In this document: one piece after another, positions 28,219-37,848 of the stretch | How the letters are laid out: each line of letters opens with the position of its first letter | How positions within the stretch are numbered: position 1 is the stretch's first letter | DNA from: a virus | Lineage: Duplodnaviria; Caudoviricetes | Reading direction: 5' to 3' (one strand) | IMG/VR virus record: IMGVR_UViG_3300020576_001330 | Location: 451-64,450 of that record | DNA length: 64,000 bases | Notes under the pieces: generated by a model | Told to the model about the DNA's origin: nothing | What the model saw: only the letters and a program-made list of their open reading frames with translations | Database searches by the model: none | Translations under genes and position numbers: made by a program

Positions 28219-29039
28219 TATTTAATACGTTGGCCGATGAGATTATATATAATTGTAGGTTGAACTGTTACAATATTTGATTTATATATGATAGCAATAG
28301 GATAGTACTCAGTAACAGTACCATCATAGTCCTGCTGTAAAAGCTTATAATAAGAAATGCCCCTATAAGGGCTATAATCCAGATAACGATAAAAAACGGG
28401 ATAAGTAGTATTCCCAGAACCTTTAATTCTGGTGAGATCCATGAATTTGAAGGTGGAGTCTGCTTTTTGGATTTGAAAAAAATCATTATTAATTTCGGAT
28501 TTAGTTGACCATTCTAATTGAACTGCATCATCCTTTACTTCCCCACTAAAATAATCCAACTTCACAGGTAATGGACTTGGTATATATCTTGCACAAATTG
28601 CATCTTGTAAACATAAAGCTTTCCAGCCTAAACACAATATATAATATCTTGTAGTATCTAATCCTTGTACATATGTATTAGCAGCTAATGGATAAATATT
28701 ACCCTGCCAGATAATAGTATCACATGTAGGAGAAAATATTTTAAACTTTAAGTACTGGTAAACACTTGGGCCACAACTTGAACTTTGTACAAGCATATAG
28801 CTCATATTTAAATCAGCTGTTTCAGGTTTAAACCAAAAGCAATAATTTACAACATCTCCAGCATTTACAGGTGGAGAAAGTGTTGTAAATGTACAATTGT
28901 TACCACGTACAGTATCTATAATTGGGCCAGAACATTGTCCTGAAGCATCTTTAGGAACAAAAAATAAAAGTATAGCTAAGATTATAGCTATTAAGATTAC
29001 TAAAAAGTCTGTTAAGGCTTGTACTTTATCTCTTGTCAT
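28218..29039 (-). CDS. Secreted protein with Bacteroidota T9SS-cargo-type Ig-like domain and truncated CTD-like tail
   Basis: Signal peptide ending ASG/Q; PLPVKLDYF...VQLEWSTKSEINNDFF...YRYLD...YYKLLQQDYDG; ends IYNLIGQRIK. Confidence 0.7.
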   Translation of the reverse strand: MTRDKVQALTDFLVILIAIILAILLFFVPKDASGQCSGPIIDTVRGNNCTFTTLSPPVNAGDVVNYCFWFKPETADLNMSYMLVQSSSCGPSVYQYLKFKIFSPTCDTIIWQGNIYPLAANTYVQGLDTTRYYILCLGWKALCLQDAICARYIPSPLPVKLDYFSGEVKDDAVQLEWSTKSEINNDFFQIQKADSTFKFMDLTRIKGSGNTTYPVFYRYLDYSPYRGISYYKLLQQDYDGTVTEYYPIAIIYKSNIVTVQPTIIYNLIGQRIK

Positions 29040-32000
29040 CTTGGTGATTTTTTATAGGCCGATTTAAAACTACTTAATTGGAGTCTGTTATTTGATGCAT
29101 TATCATAAATTAAATCTACAATGACGTATTTATCACGCATTCTTTCTCCAAATGATTTATCAGTTAAGGATAACTCGGAAGGAGCAAATATATCAGTAGG
29201 TACAGTATTATAGAGAACACGATTTCTAAGATAGGATAAATTCCAAGTCCTCTCTTTTCTTCTAGATACTTGAGTAACTTGTCTAAAATCAGTATTTTGA
29301 TAATCATTGTAAATACGAATGCTGTCAAAAGTATCATCTGGTATATTTACTGGGTTAGCGTAGTTGGTATCATCAATACTATCTGTAATCATCTCATAGT
29401 TATCAAATACCTTTGTTTCAGTTGGGTAAGGATTTATAATTAAAGAAAGCTTACTTGGATAAATTGTACGATAAAAACTTCCATATAGCCCATCTCCATG
29501 TCTCCACAATTGCATTAAGTCATCAGAAGGTGATATAAACCTGCTTAAATCATTTAAATATACAGGAGGAGTAAAGCTATAGAATGAAGTAAAGGCATCA
29601 ATAAAATCATTATATGCGATTGTGAAAGCCTTTTTAGTTGCACAAGATACACTTACATCTGGAGAATCTGCATTATCCAATTGAGTAAAGTCACTTTGTA
29701 ATGTAATAGTATCTCCAATAGCTGCAATAACTTTAAATACCTCTAATACAGGAGTATTATTTACAGCAAATTCTACTACAACTTCATCGTCAACTTGTAT
29801 GCATGCTGGATAGTGACCTGATCTGAAATTGATTTGTACTGGACTTAAGTTGAATAAAGTACCTTTAGTTCCAGCAGTAAATACCAGATCTCTAAATGTC
29901 ATTATAGCTTCATTGTACCTAAAGTCATATGTACTTGTTACTCCCTTGTTTAAATATGGGTTATCACTAATTTGTAATAAACCATTTAAGTTGTTACTTA
30001 TATAACTTGATAATCCTTTAGCTACAGTTATTGAAACTGGAGAAGTACCAGTTAATTTATAAATATTTTTAGTGTTTATGTCAAAGAAGAATACAGCATC
30101 GTGACTTTGAGTAAAGCTATGAATATGTTTAGATCCAATAATCTTAGAAATATAATCATATCTTGAAAGTACTCCAGATGTACCAAGAGTTAATTCTGCT
30201 CCTGAAGTATCCTGAGTTAAGGCTCTTTCATTAACAGTTGTTACGCTTATTCCCCCATCTTGAAATCCAAATAATCTGTCTTGATGTACTAATAGAATAT
30301 TTAATTCTCCCTGTGCTGTATCTAAATCAATGTATTCATCTTCTTTAAATACTCCCCAGGAATCTACTAGCTCACCATTAATTTTTAATCCAGATTTATG
30401 TATTCTTACATCATATTTATTCTTTGCAATAAATGGATCAGGTCTAGGGAAGAATAACATTACATCATTTTCCTGCATGTAATCTATGTACATTCTGAAT
30501 TCTTCTATTGAGTCTATTTCAATTCCTGTTTGTGCTCCAGTTAATGCGTTTTTATTAAATACTGCCGAATCTGGATTAGTTCTCCAATCTACATTAATTG
30601 TACTTTCTAAAGCTACAAATCTCCCCATAGAAAGTGCGTTATCATATGTTGCAGGGGCATCGCCATTTACATTAACGTCTGGCCCATTTGCAAAGTTGAC
30701 TACATTATCAAATAAACATACATAAGTATCACCACCAAATACATAAGAAGTATAAGAACTTGTGCCTATTTCAGTAAATACAATATGTCCTGTTCCTATG
30801 TACTCATTTAAACTTTTAGCTGAATTAGTGTATCCTCCATATTGAGACACCACGTCTCTTTTATAGTTAGCAATATAAACTCTATTTACTGCACCACCAG
30901 CATTTTGAGCTATTCCATCTGTAACTGCATACCCTGCTAATCCTCCAAGATCGCTAAAGTCATTAGAAAATAACATTAGTTTCCTGCCTCCATAACTTCT
31001 AGTTTCCCCTGGGCCGTTAGCATCACCACTAAAATTACAAGCTGTAGAAATTGATCCTATAGAATATACACTATTTCCTGGTTGTTCTATTAACGCATTA
31101 TTTATAAATGCTGCGTCTTCTAGTGTATATTTTCCTTGTCTTGTTGTATTATTAATGGGCGAACATGGTGTATAAATAAAATTTTTTATTACCCACTTAT
31201 TAGTTTGTAATCCTCCTGCAACAAGAGCATATCCTTCTTGGTTAGAGGCAACTGTACCTAGAAAATCTATATAATCAGTTGAGTTAAATCCCGAATAGCC
31301 TCCAAATAAAAAATTTGGCGAGTTTAGTGACATTAAAACATGGCTAACTTCATTATCAGGCGCATATACTATTGGCGGTATTATTTGAGATATAGTATAA
31401 TGTCTGCCTGCATTTGGGTTGTACCAACCTACATTAAAAGTACCCTGATCTAAAATACTTCTGTCAGAGTCTTCTCTTTTTACCCTTACAATACTATATC
31501 CAGATATTTGATTTGCAATGGTATCTAAGTTAGATACAGTAAATTTAATTCCCATTACCCATGCTACACACGGCTTAGCTCCATTAGAATCACTAATTGG
31601 AAATTGTAAACTTCTCTTTAGAGGATCTCCTGATGGGTTAGTTACAGGATCTAAATCTGGCATATATACATGAGGCATGCGTATATCAGCAATCCAATGT
31701 ACAAAGGATTTTTCTCCTTTTTTAGAATAGAAGACTATTCCAAATCTGTACGTTTCATCTCTTTGGTATCCTTTAAGTGCAGCTTGAATAAATGGGCTAT
31801 GAAAGTTCTTTATATTAGCTATGCAGGGGTAATCTGTATATAAACCTTGTCCAAAACTATAAGTATGAGTTTGTCTTGAAGAACTTGAATAATTTGCAGA
31901 AGTTCCAGATCCTGTAATGTCTCTATTATCTAATTCAATAGTCCCAGGATCATCTGACCTGTTTGTAAACTCATATGATACATTTGGGCCTTCTCCACCT

Positions 32001-33454
32001 AAAGTAATACCGTCACTTTTATATAAATAGTTATTTGCACTATAAGGTTCTTGGTTTGGGTTATGATCATCTGGATCTGTATAAGTTACGCCAGCATGAT
32101 TATATCTGTAAGCACGAGTATCAAAATCAACATCAAAATCACTGTACTTTACATTACCAAAGAACAAGTAATGATTTTTTGAAGCAATTGTTTTTACAGT
32201 CTGAAAGTTAATGTTACTTGAAATAAACTCATCTAATGTTACTGGTACTTTAGTTTCTCTACCAGTTAAAGTAAAGTCTAATATTCCAGTACCTGGTATG
32301 GGCTCATTAGCTACAATGTTAATTTCAGGATTACCTGTTGCAGAAGCTCTATAAATGCTAACAATTTCAACACGATTAAATGAGGTATCAAGATTAAATA
32401 GTTTGTACTTTATTTGTTTTGTTGTGGGAACTGCAATAGCACTTCCTTGATATTCTGTAGTAGTACTGGTTAAATCATTAACTCCAGTTAACGGTAATGG
32501 ATTACAAGGTACAAAAAAAGATGTACTTGCTCCAGCTGTCTTTTTTAATCTGTAAGAAAGCTGATAACAACCTGTATTTAAAATACCACCACTTTGTACA
32601 ATATCCTGTGGTACAATGTTTCCTAAATTATATACAGGTGTATTTTCTAATGTACTTAAATCTAAAGCCATTACATTAGGATCAACTGTATTTAATGCCT
32701 TTGGAGTATTGTAATTATCTGTAAAGTAAATTTTTTGGATTGTATCAATCTCAAAGTTACTTACAAATTGAGCTGGGTTTGCTATTGGATGAGCAACACT
32801 AAAATTTAAATTGTTGTTATAAATTAACTTAATTTGTACCTCAAATGTAAATTTATTATAACTAACTCTCCATACTTGTCCAGTTTCACCACTTGGTTGT
32901 GAGCTTGCTGTATTAGCTGTAAAAATGATAAAGTCATCTCTTAATTTACCCCAACCCATAATCTTAGGCTGAGGAGTACCTAATACATAAGTATTATTAA
33001 TAGTGTGCCCGTGAGGAGCTGATGAGGCAGTTAATGCTGGAGTAAGTAATCTATTAGTACTATCTAATAAACTATACAGTACTACACGATCATTATTGTA
33101 AGCAGCATGCACTCCCCACGATTGTAATGTAGCATTATTATTTACCGTATCAGCAAATGGTTTTTGCCACGAATCAATTGTTAAATCAATAAGTACTGAT
33201 GTACTACCAAAGATTGTAGCAATTACAATTTGAAAAGCTGCATTCGCAGTACCTCTTGTAATTTCAACTACATTAGAACAACCTGGAATTGTAAAAAATG
33301 ACTCATTACCTTTAATATTTCTCCATATGCCAGTACTAGAACCAATCTCTGTTACAAGTTGTCCATTCTCAGAATGAAGATAATTAGTAGGTTGATATAA
33401 GGATTTAGCCATATCCTTATTCATTCCTTTTGTGAAGTTATTTACAAATTCCAT
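29036..33454 (-). CDS. Tail muzzle/stabilisation protein (crAss-like)
   Basis: N-terminal NNFTKGMNKD, GYQRDETYRFGIVFY motif, beta-rich 1472 aa, canonical position upstream of the cargo genes. Confidence 0.8.
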   Translation of the reverse strand: MEFVNNFTKGMNKDMAKSLYQPTNYLHSENGQLVTEIGSSTGIWRNIKGNESFFTIPGCSNVVEITRGTANAAFQIVIATIFGSTSVLIDLTIDSWQKPFADTVNNNATLQSWGVHAAYNNDRVVLYSLLDSTNRLLTPALTASSAPHGHTINNTYVLGTPQPKIMGWGKLRDDFIIFTANTASSQPSGETGQVWRVSYNKFTFEVQIKLIYNNNLNFSVAHPIANPAQFVSNFEIDTIQKIYFTDNYNTPKALNTVDPNVMALDLSTLENTPVYNLGNIVPQDIVQSGGILNTGCYQLSYRLKKTAGASTSFFVPCNPLPLTGVNDLTSTTTEYQGSAIAVPTTKQIKYKLFNLDTSFNRVEIVSIYRASATGNPEINIVANEPIPGTGILDFTLTGRETKVPVTLDEFISSNINFQTVKTIASKNHYLFFGNVKYSDFDVDFDTRAYRYNHAGVTYTDPDDHNPNQEPYSANNYLYKSDGITLGGEGPNVSYEFTNRSDDPGTIELDNRDITGSGTSANYSSSSRQTHTYSFGQGLYTDYPCIANIKNFHSPFIQAALKGYQRDETYRFGIVFYSKKGEKSFVHWIADIRMPHVYMPDLDPVTNPSGDPLKRSLQFPISDSNGAKPCVAWVMGIKFTVSNLDTIANQISGYSIVRVKREDSDRSILDQGTFNVGWYNPNAGRHYTISQIIPPIVYAPDNEVSHVLMSLNSPNFLFGGYSGFNSTDYIDFLGTVASNQEGYALVAGGLQTNKWVIKNFIYTPCSPINNTTRQGKYTLEDAAFINNALIEQPGNSVYSIGSISTACNFSGDANGPGETRSYGGRKLMLFSNDFSDLGGLAGYAVTDGIAQNAGGAVNRVYIANYKRDVVSQYGGYTNSAKSLNEYIGTGHIVFTEIGTSSYTSYVFGGDTYVCLFDNVVNFANGPDVNVNGDAPATYDNALSMGRFVALESTINVDWRTNPDSAVFNKNALTGAQTGIEIDSIEEFRMYIDYMQENDVMLFFPRPDPFIAKNKYDVRIHKSGLKINGELVDSWGVFKEDEYIDLDTAQGELNILLVHQDRLFGFQDGGISVTTVNERALTQDTSGAELTLGTSGVLSRYDYISKIIGSKHIHSFTQSHDAVFFFDINTKNIYKLTGTSPVSITVAKGLSSYISNNLNGLLQISDNPYLNKGVTSTYDFRYNEAIMTFRDLVFTAGTKGTLFNLSPVQINFRSGHYPACIQVDDEVVVEFAVNNTPVLEVFKVIAAIGDTITLQSDFTQLDNADSPDVSVSCATKKAFTIAYNDFIDAFTSFYSFTPPVYLNDLSRFISPSDDLMQLWRHGDGLYGSFYRTIYPSKLSLIINPYPTETKVFDNYEMITDSIDDTNYANPVNIPDDTFDSIRIYNDYQNTDFRQVTQVSRRKERTWNLSYLRNRVLYNTVPTDIFAPSELSLTDKSFGERMRDKYVIVDLIYDNASNNRLQLSSFKSAYKKSPR

Positions 33455-34263
33455 TATTTAAATCTACGTTGCTCTTGTATTCCCAGATCTTTGAAGAAGT
33501 GGTTATAAGAATTTACTTTTGGTAATAAGCGCACTATTGAATTGCGGAGACTTTCTTGCTGCTCTACATCTGGTACTTTAATTTCAGATGCAGCTGCTGC
33601 GATAGAAAACTCTTTATTATTTCTTGACTCAATGTAAACATCTTTAGGTATAGAACCTTGTCTCCATTGAATATAATCATTTTTCCATGTAAGATAATCT
33701 GCTACAGCTCTTTTAAATTTAGCCGTATCAGGAATCATTACATATCCATCTGGATCAATTGGTATAGCCCAGTAAGCCATACAAACCTTCCCTTCTTTAA
33801 TATTAAATACAATTCTATTGTCTGTAATATCAAATGTAATATCTTGATATAATGGAGCCAGATTTGGATTTACACTTGCTTGTGGACTAAATTCATTTCC
33901 AAATTGATCCACAAATATATCCATTGATGTATTCATGCTTTCTAAATCACAGCAATCTCCGCCCATCAAATAATGAAAACTATTTTGTCTCCATCTTACA
34001 GGGTTTCCATTTACAGCAATACCACCTGGCATTAAAGCTTGAAAATCACATGGAAGCGGAACTGAAAAGTTTTTGAAGTCATATACTGGATCTTGTTTTG
34101 ATCCTATAACTTTTGGAATATAAGTGAGTGGTAATTTTAAAAGGTCGCATAGTTCCGCAGTCCAGAGGCGAATATCATCATCACTTAATTCATTTTGAGT
34201 GCCTGTATTACTATAAAATTGTTCTACAGCTTCTCTGCTTGATACTAGTTTAGGTATAATCAT
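33454..34263 (-). CDS. Tail ring (tubular) protein
   Basis: Size, position before the muzzle gene, AIPIDPDGYVMIPD motif. Confidence 0.65.
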   Translation of the reverse strand: MIIPKLVSSREAVEQFYSNTGTQNELSDDDIRLWTAELCDLLKLPLTYIPKVIGSKQDPVYDFKNFSVPLPCDFQALMPGGIAVNGNPVRWRQNSFHYLMGGDCCDLESMNTSMDIFVDQFGNEFSPQASVNPNLAPLYQDITFDITDNRIVFNIKEGKVCMAYWAIPIDPDGYVMIPDTAKFKRAVADYLTWKNDYIQWRQGSIPKDVYIESRNNKEFSIAAAASEIKVPDVEQQESLRNSIVRLLPKVNSYNHFFKDLGIQEQRRFK

Positions 34264-34790
34264 TATTCTTCAGGATAATCACATTCACGATTTTTAAGTT
34301 TTTTAGCTACTCTCCTCTTACTTAAAAGACTTGGTATAAATTTATACACAGATTTTCCTGGTATCTTACACTTTCTTTTATTCCATTGCCACTTGTACCT
34401 GTAGCCATCTGTATGCTCATTTGTAAAATACACTACTTTCTGTATTTTACGACTTTCATGATAATCTATTTTTAACATATTATGTGTTAAAAGATTATCA
34501 AAATTCATTTTTCTTTTTTTAATTGAGAGAACTCCAATATTAAGAGGCAATTTAAATTGCTCTCCTTCAATGATCTTCTCTGTAATCATACTAAACAAAT
34601 CGCTAAGTACCAAGGAATAAGTACTAGCATCAACTAAAAGTCCAGTATTATCACTAAATTTTGATTTAAACTTCTTATAGGCGTATTCCTTCTTGTAATA
34701 CTTGTAGAAATCTGCCATCCCATAATCAACAGGATAATTGTTTTTTATACCTTTTCTTGGTGTTGGTATAAATGTTCTTACCTCACTCAT
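34263..34790 (-). CDS. IHF/HU-like protein of the crAss-like tail module
   Basis: IIEGEQFKLPLNIGVLSIKKRK resembles the IHF/HU arm; basic; conserved position. Confidence 0.55.
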   Translation of the reverse strand: MSEVRTFIPTPRKGIKNNYPVDYGMADFYKYYKKEYAYKKFKSKFSDNTGLLVDASTYSLVLSDLFSMITEKIIEGEQFKLPLNIGVLSIKKRKMNFDNLLTHNMLKIDYHESRKIQKVVYFTNEHTDGYRYKWQWNKRKCKIPGKSVYKFIPSLLSKRRVAKKLKNRECDYPEE

Positions 34791-35482
34791 GCATTACGTT
34801 GTTGTGATTCAGTCTTCCCTTCTTCATCTCCTTTAAAATCACTTGGAACTGATACTTGTATTTTTAGATCTTTAAGTACCAACTCCTTAAGTAATGGTAT
34901 CATGTGAGAACTGATAGGAAAAGCCATGTCATTAGTATAACAAGGACTACCCGTACAAGTAAAATGTTGCCCAGCTTCTCTGGGATCTTCAAACACACCT
35001 GTAATACTTCCTTTAGAAAAAGCAAAGGGAGGATTAATAATGTAGATGTATCCATTTTTTAATGTGGCTTTAGCTGAGTTCTTTGTCCACTTAGAAATAC
35101 CAGAACGAATAAATCTGGCATAAGGCATAAATGAAAAGGAAGTACCAGTAATATCATTACCTGATACACGGGTAATTAAATCTCTTTGATATAATTCAAT
35201 TGGTTTTGGAATCTTTAATTTGCTTCGTAATACAGTACACTCAGTACTTGTATCACAACATTCACTTGCATCCACAGAAATAAATTCAACGCAAGGTAAA
35301 GTCTGAGTTACATTATCACTCAGACTTCTTCCCTTGTTTTGATCTTGTCGGATTAAGAAATTTCTATTATTAATTACAGAAAATTCAACTTGTTCTTGGG
35401 ATAATAAAGAGTCATCCGAGTACCTCCCTGTTCCCTGAATTGTGCTTAAAGAATCATATACAAGTTGATTTAATGTAGTCAT
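34787..35482 (-). CDS. Tail ring protein
   Basis: MTTLNQLVYD...DDS N-terminus, GVFEDPRE, FPISSHMIP; position in tail block. Confidence 0.65.
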   Translation of the reverse strand: MTTLNQLVYDSLSTIQGTGRYSDDSLLSQEQVEFSVINNRNFLIRQDQNKGRSLSDNVTQTLPCVEFISVDASECCDTSTECTVLRSKLKIPKPIELYQRDLITRVSGNDITGTSFSFMPYARFIRSGISKWTKNSAKATLKNGYIYIINPPFAFSKGSITGVFEDPREAGQHFTCTGSPCYTNDMAFPISSHMIPLLKELVLKDLKIQVSVPSDFKGDEEGKTESQQRNA

Positions 35483-36259
35483 TTATTTTTTCTTTTTTAA
35501 CAGAGGTTTGATAGCCTCATATACTGCATTAGATATTTGAAAATATTTACCACAGTCAATACATTGCATTCTTCTCTTTTTTAATCCATTTGCCATTGTA
35601 CGCTCACCATTTGAAATAGTGTGTGTACTTTTGCAAGACGGGCAATGATGGGGTTCTCCACCTGTATGAACAGCTTTATGAGATTTGTGAGTTGTGTAAG
35701 GATCTAATTTATTGTAAACCTTTTCAAGTAATACAACATCCTTTTTACAGTACTCAACCATTTTATCCATAGCTTTCTTATCATTGTTTAGAATGATTTC
35801 TTTCCATAGAGAAAATCCACCTGTGTCCATTTTGTGTCCAAGTCCAAGATAAGATGCAATGTAATCTAACTTATTGGAATTGAAACGAAAACCTTTTCTA
35901 CTGAGTTTTAAAGTGTCTAAGCTATGAATATCTGGTGCTATAGATACACCATGATAAATACAACGAGTTCTTAACCATTTTATGTCATAAGCATCACCAT
36001 TATGACCAAGTACTTCGTCTGCTGAATTAATAACCTTTGCAAACTCCTGTACCATTTTTTTATCATCTCCTTTATTCCAAGTGAGATGATGTACTTTTGA
36101 GTCACCTTCCCATTTCCAGCAAATACAAATAATTGCTCTTTCTTTGAGAATACTCTTATGGTCAATATTGAGTTTGTACCCAATATTCCATGAAAACACT
36201 ACATTTGGGCTTGTCTCTATATCAAAGTACAGCCTTTTAAATTTCTTTTCTTTCTCCAT
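35483..36259 (-). CDS. DnaQ/RNase H-like 3'-5' exonuclease with C-terminal Zn ribbon
   Basis: FDIET (ExoI), GHNGDAYD (ExoII), YCKKDV (ExoIII); CPSC...CIDC. Confidence 0.85.
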   Translation of the reverse strand: MEKEKKFKRLYFDIETSPNVVFSWNIGYKLNIDHKSILKERAIICICWKWEGDSKVHHLTWNKGDDKKMVQEFAKVINSADEVLGHNGDAYDIKWLRTRCIYHGVSIAPDIHSLDTLKLSRKGFRFNSNKLDYIASYLGLGHKMDTGGFSLWKEIILNNDKKAMDKMVEYCKKDVVLLEKVYNKLDPYTTHKSHKAVHTGGEPHHCPSCKSTHTISNGERTMANGLKKRRMQCIDCGKYFQISNAVYEAIKPLLKKKK

Positions 36260-36332
36260 CCTTATCCGACCCTAAAAGAGACTGAACACCTTACGGGGTA
36301 TAAGCAGCTCCAAAAACTATTAAAATGAGCTG

Positions 36333-36364
36333 CAAATATAAGTCTTATTTTTGGTATTAGCAAG
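36333..36364 (-). promoter_or_regulatory. Bacteroidota sigma-A promoter
   Basis: CTTG-N20-TATATTTG(CA) upstream of the exonuclease gene; GCAGCTC/GAGCTGC inverted repeat (36304-36333) over the start site. Confidence 0.7.
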
Positions 36365-36367
36365 TTT

Positions 36368-36847
36368 TTAGATAAAAGATTTCTTCATGATTTTCAATGA
36401 GATACGCCCTAAAAGGAAGATAATTGTAGCCCATCCAAGGTATCCTGGGTACTTAAAATACCAAGGTGTGTACTTAACTTCCTCAATTGTAGTCTTATGT
36501 GAACTTGAATCACGTTGAGCAGTCTGGTACTTTTCGAGTTCAACCCTCATCTTTTCAATGATAATATCCTTCTCGTCACAGTAATTAGTAACTTGTACTT
36601 TTCCATTATGTACTTGTACTAAAGCAGTACTCTTCTTAGACGCACTTTTAAGGATATATACCGTGTCTTTATCACATGGTACTTCATACCTTATAGTATC
36701 GCCAGGAATGGTTATAATGGTATCCTTAATGCGTACAAGGTCATGAATCCTTAGACTGTCCTTTATCTGTAGAATCGAGGCTTCCTTCTGAGTCTTGCAA
36801 CTCATTATCAGCATCAGTATTGGAATCAGGAATAGTAATTTTTTCAT
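36368..36847 (-). CDS. Lipoprotein with C-terminal TM helix (unimolecular-spanin-like)
   Basis: MKKLLFLIPILMLIMSC lipobox, C-terminal hydrophobic helix, adjacent to endolysin and holin candidates. Confidence 0.6.
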   Translation of the reverse strand: MKKLLFLIPILMLIMSCKTQKEASILQIKDSLRIHDLVRIKDTIITIPGDTIRYEVPCDKDTVYILKSASKKSTALVQVHNGKVQVTNYCDEKDIIIEKMRVELEKYQTAQRDSSSHKTTIEEVKYTPWYFKYPGYLGWATIIFLLGRISLKIMKKSFI

Positions 36848-37043
36848 CTGTCATAAAATTTGTTAAGAACTTACCTACAATACCTAATATTGTAGTAATT
36901 GTACCAACTATTGGATAAGCTGATAATTGTGCTGACTGTCCTACTAGTAAAGCAATCATTAAGCAGGCATCCCCAACTTTTCTCCATTTCGCAGGTGTGG
37001 GGCTATAGTAAGAAGTCTTGAGTTTATTTACTTTCTTTGTCAT
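36741..37043 (-). CDS. Holin-like membrane protein
   Basis: YYSPTPAKWRKVGD followed by two hydrophobic segments; directly after the endolysin candidate. Confidence 0.55.
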   Translation of the reverse strand: MTKKVNKLKTSYYSPTPAKWRKVGDACLMIALLVGQSAQLSAYPIVGTITTILGIVGKFLTNFMTDEKITIPDSNTDADNELQDSEGSLDSTDKGQSKDS

Positions 37044-37483
37044 CGTTTGGTTTGAATTGTAATTGTAATTTTATCTGCTTTTTGTAATTCAGCCATTAAT
37101 TTAGTAAATGTTGGACGTGAGTTTCTAATCTCATCATTTAAAGCCATTGATCCGACTAAAATGCATCCTTCTGTATCAGCAGGGAAATTACCAGTATGGA
37201 TACGAACTCCCTCATAACCTGGTACTTTAAGAAGTAACGGCATTAACTTCTTAAATCTATTTGACATATTAATGATTACATCGTATGTACCTTCAGGAAT
37301 AGCTGTATTGCCTTTAATTTTTCCTTCACCTGCATCATCGAAATCACCATCTTTATTTTTATCCACTAATGTTCTTACTGGATCTTCAAGAGTGTAACAG
37401 AACAAAGTACCATTCAGATACAATTCTGAGATAGTGCTTTTATCTGTAAATTTAAATCTGAGTACTTTAAGTTCAATTGTCAT
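37040..37483 (-). CDS. DUF5675-family protein, putative endolysin
   Basis: TLEDP, AIPEGTY, GVRIHTGN, DTEGCILVG motifs. Confidence 0.8.
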   Translation of the reverse strand: MTIELKVLRFKFTDKSTISELYLNGTLFCYTLEDPVRTLVDKNKDGDFDDAGEGKIKGNTAIPEGTYDVIINMSNRFKKLMPLLLKVPGYEGVRIHTGNFPADTEGCILVGSMALNDEIRNSRPTFTKLMAELQKADKITITIQTKR

Positions 37484-37808
37484 TTTTCTTTTTTCTTTTT
37501 AATTTTGGAATTTGTGGTAATCTGTAACCAAGTAATTTAAGTAAGGTTAAAACACCAACTGTAATTGAGATTATGAATGCTGTAGTTTGCAGGATTTTGA
37601 AGATGAGGTCATTCCATGTATTTAAATCAACAAGTAATCTGTGTGTACTTTGTTGAATATTCATTAAAACTGTTCCAGCTCCCCAACATCCCCAACTAAT
37701 GCACCACTCTAAAAAATTCTGTTGTGGGGTATTGTTTGCAGGATACATTACGTTGTTGTGAGGTTTTAGGTCTGAGATCTTCTTGCCCATAACAGACAAG
37801 AAGACCAC
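37473..37808 (-). CDS. Small membrane protein (holin/antiholin candidate)
   Basis: Hydrophobic segment(s) and basic C-terminus, upstream of the endolysin candidate. Confidence 0.5.
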   Translation of the reverse strand: MVFLSVMGKKISDLKPHNNVMYPANNTPQQNFLEWCISWGCWGAGTVLMNIQQSTHRLLVDLNTWNDLIFKILQTTAFIISITVGVLTLLKLLGYRLPQIPKLKRKKKNDN

Positions 37809-37848
37809 AAACTAATAGTATAATTGTTAAAAACTTCTTAATCATAAA

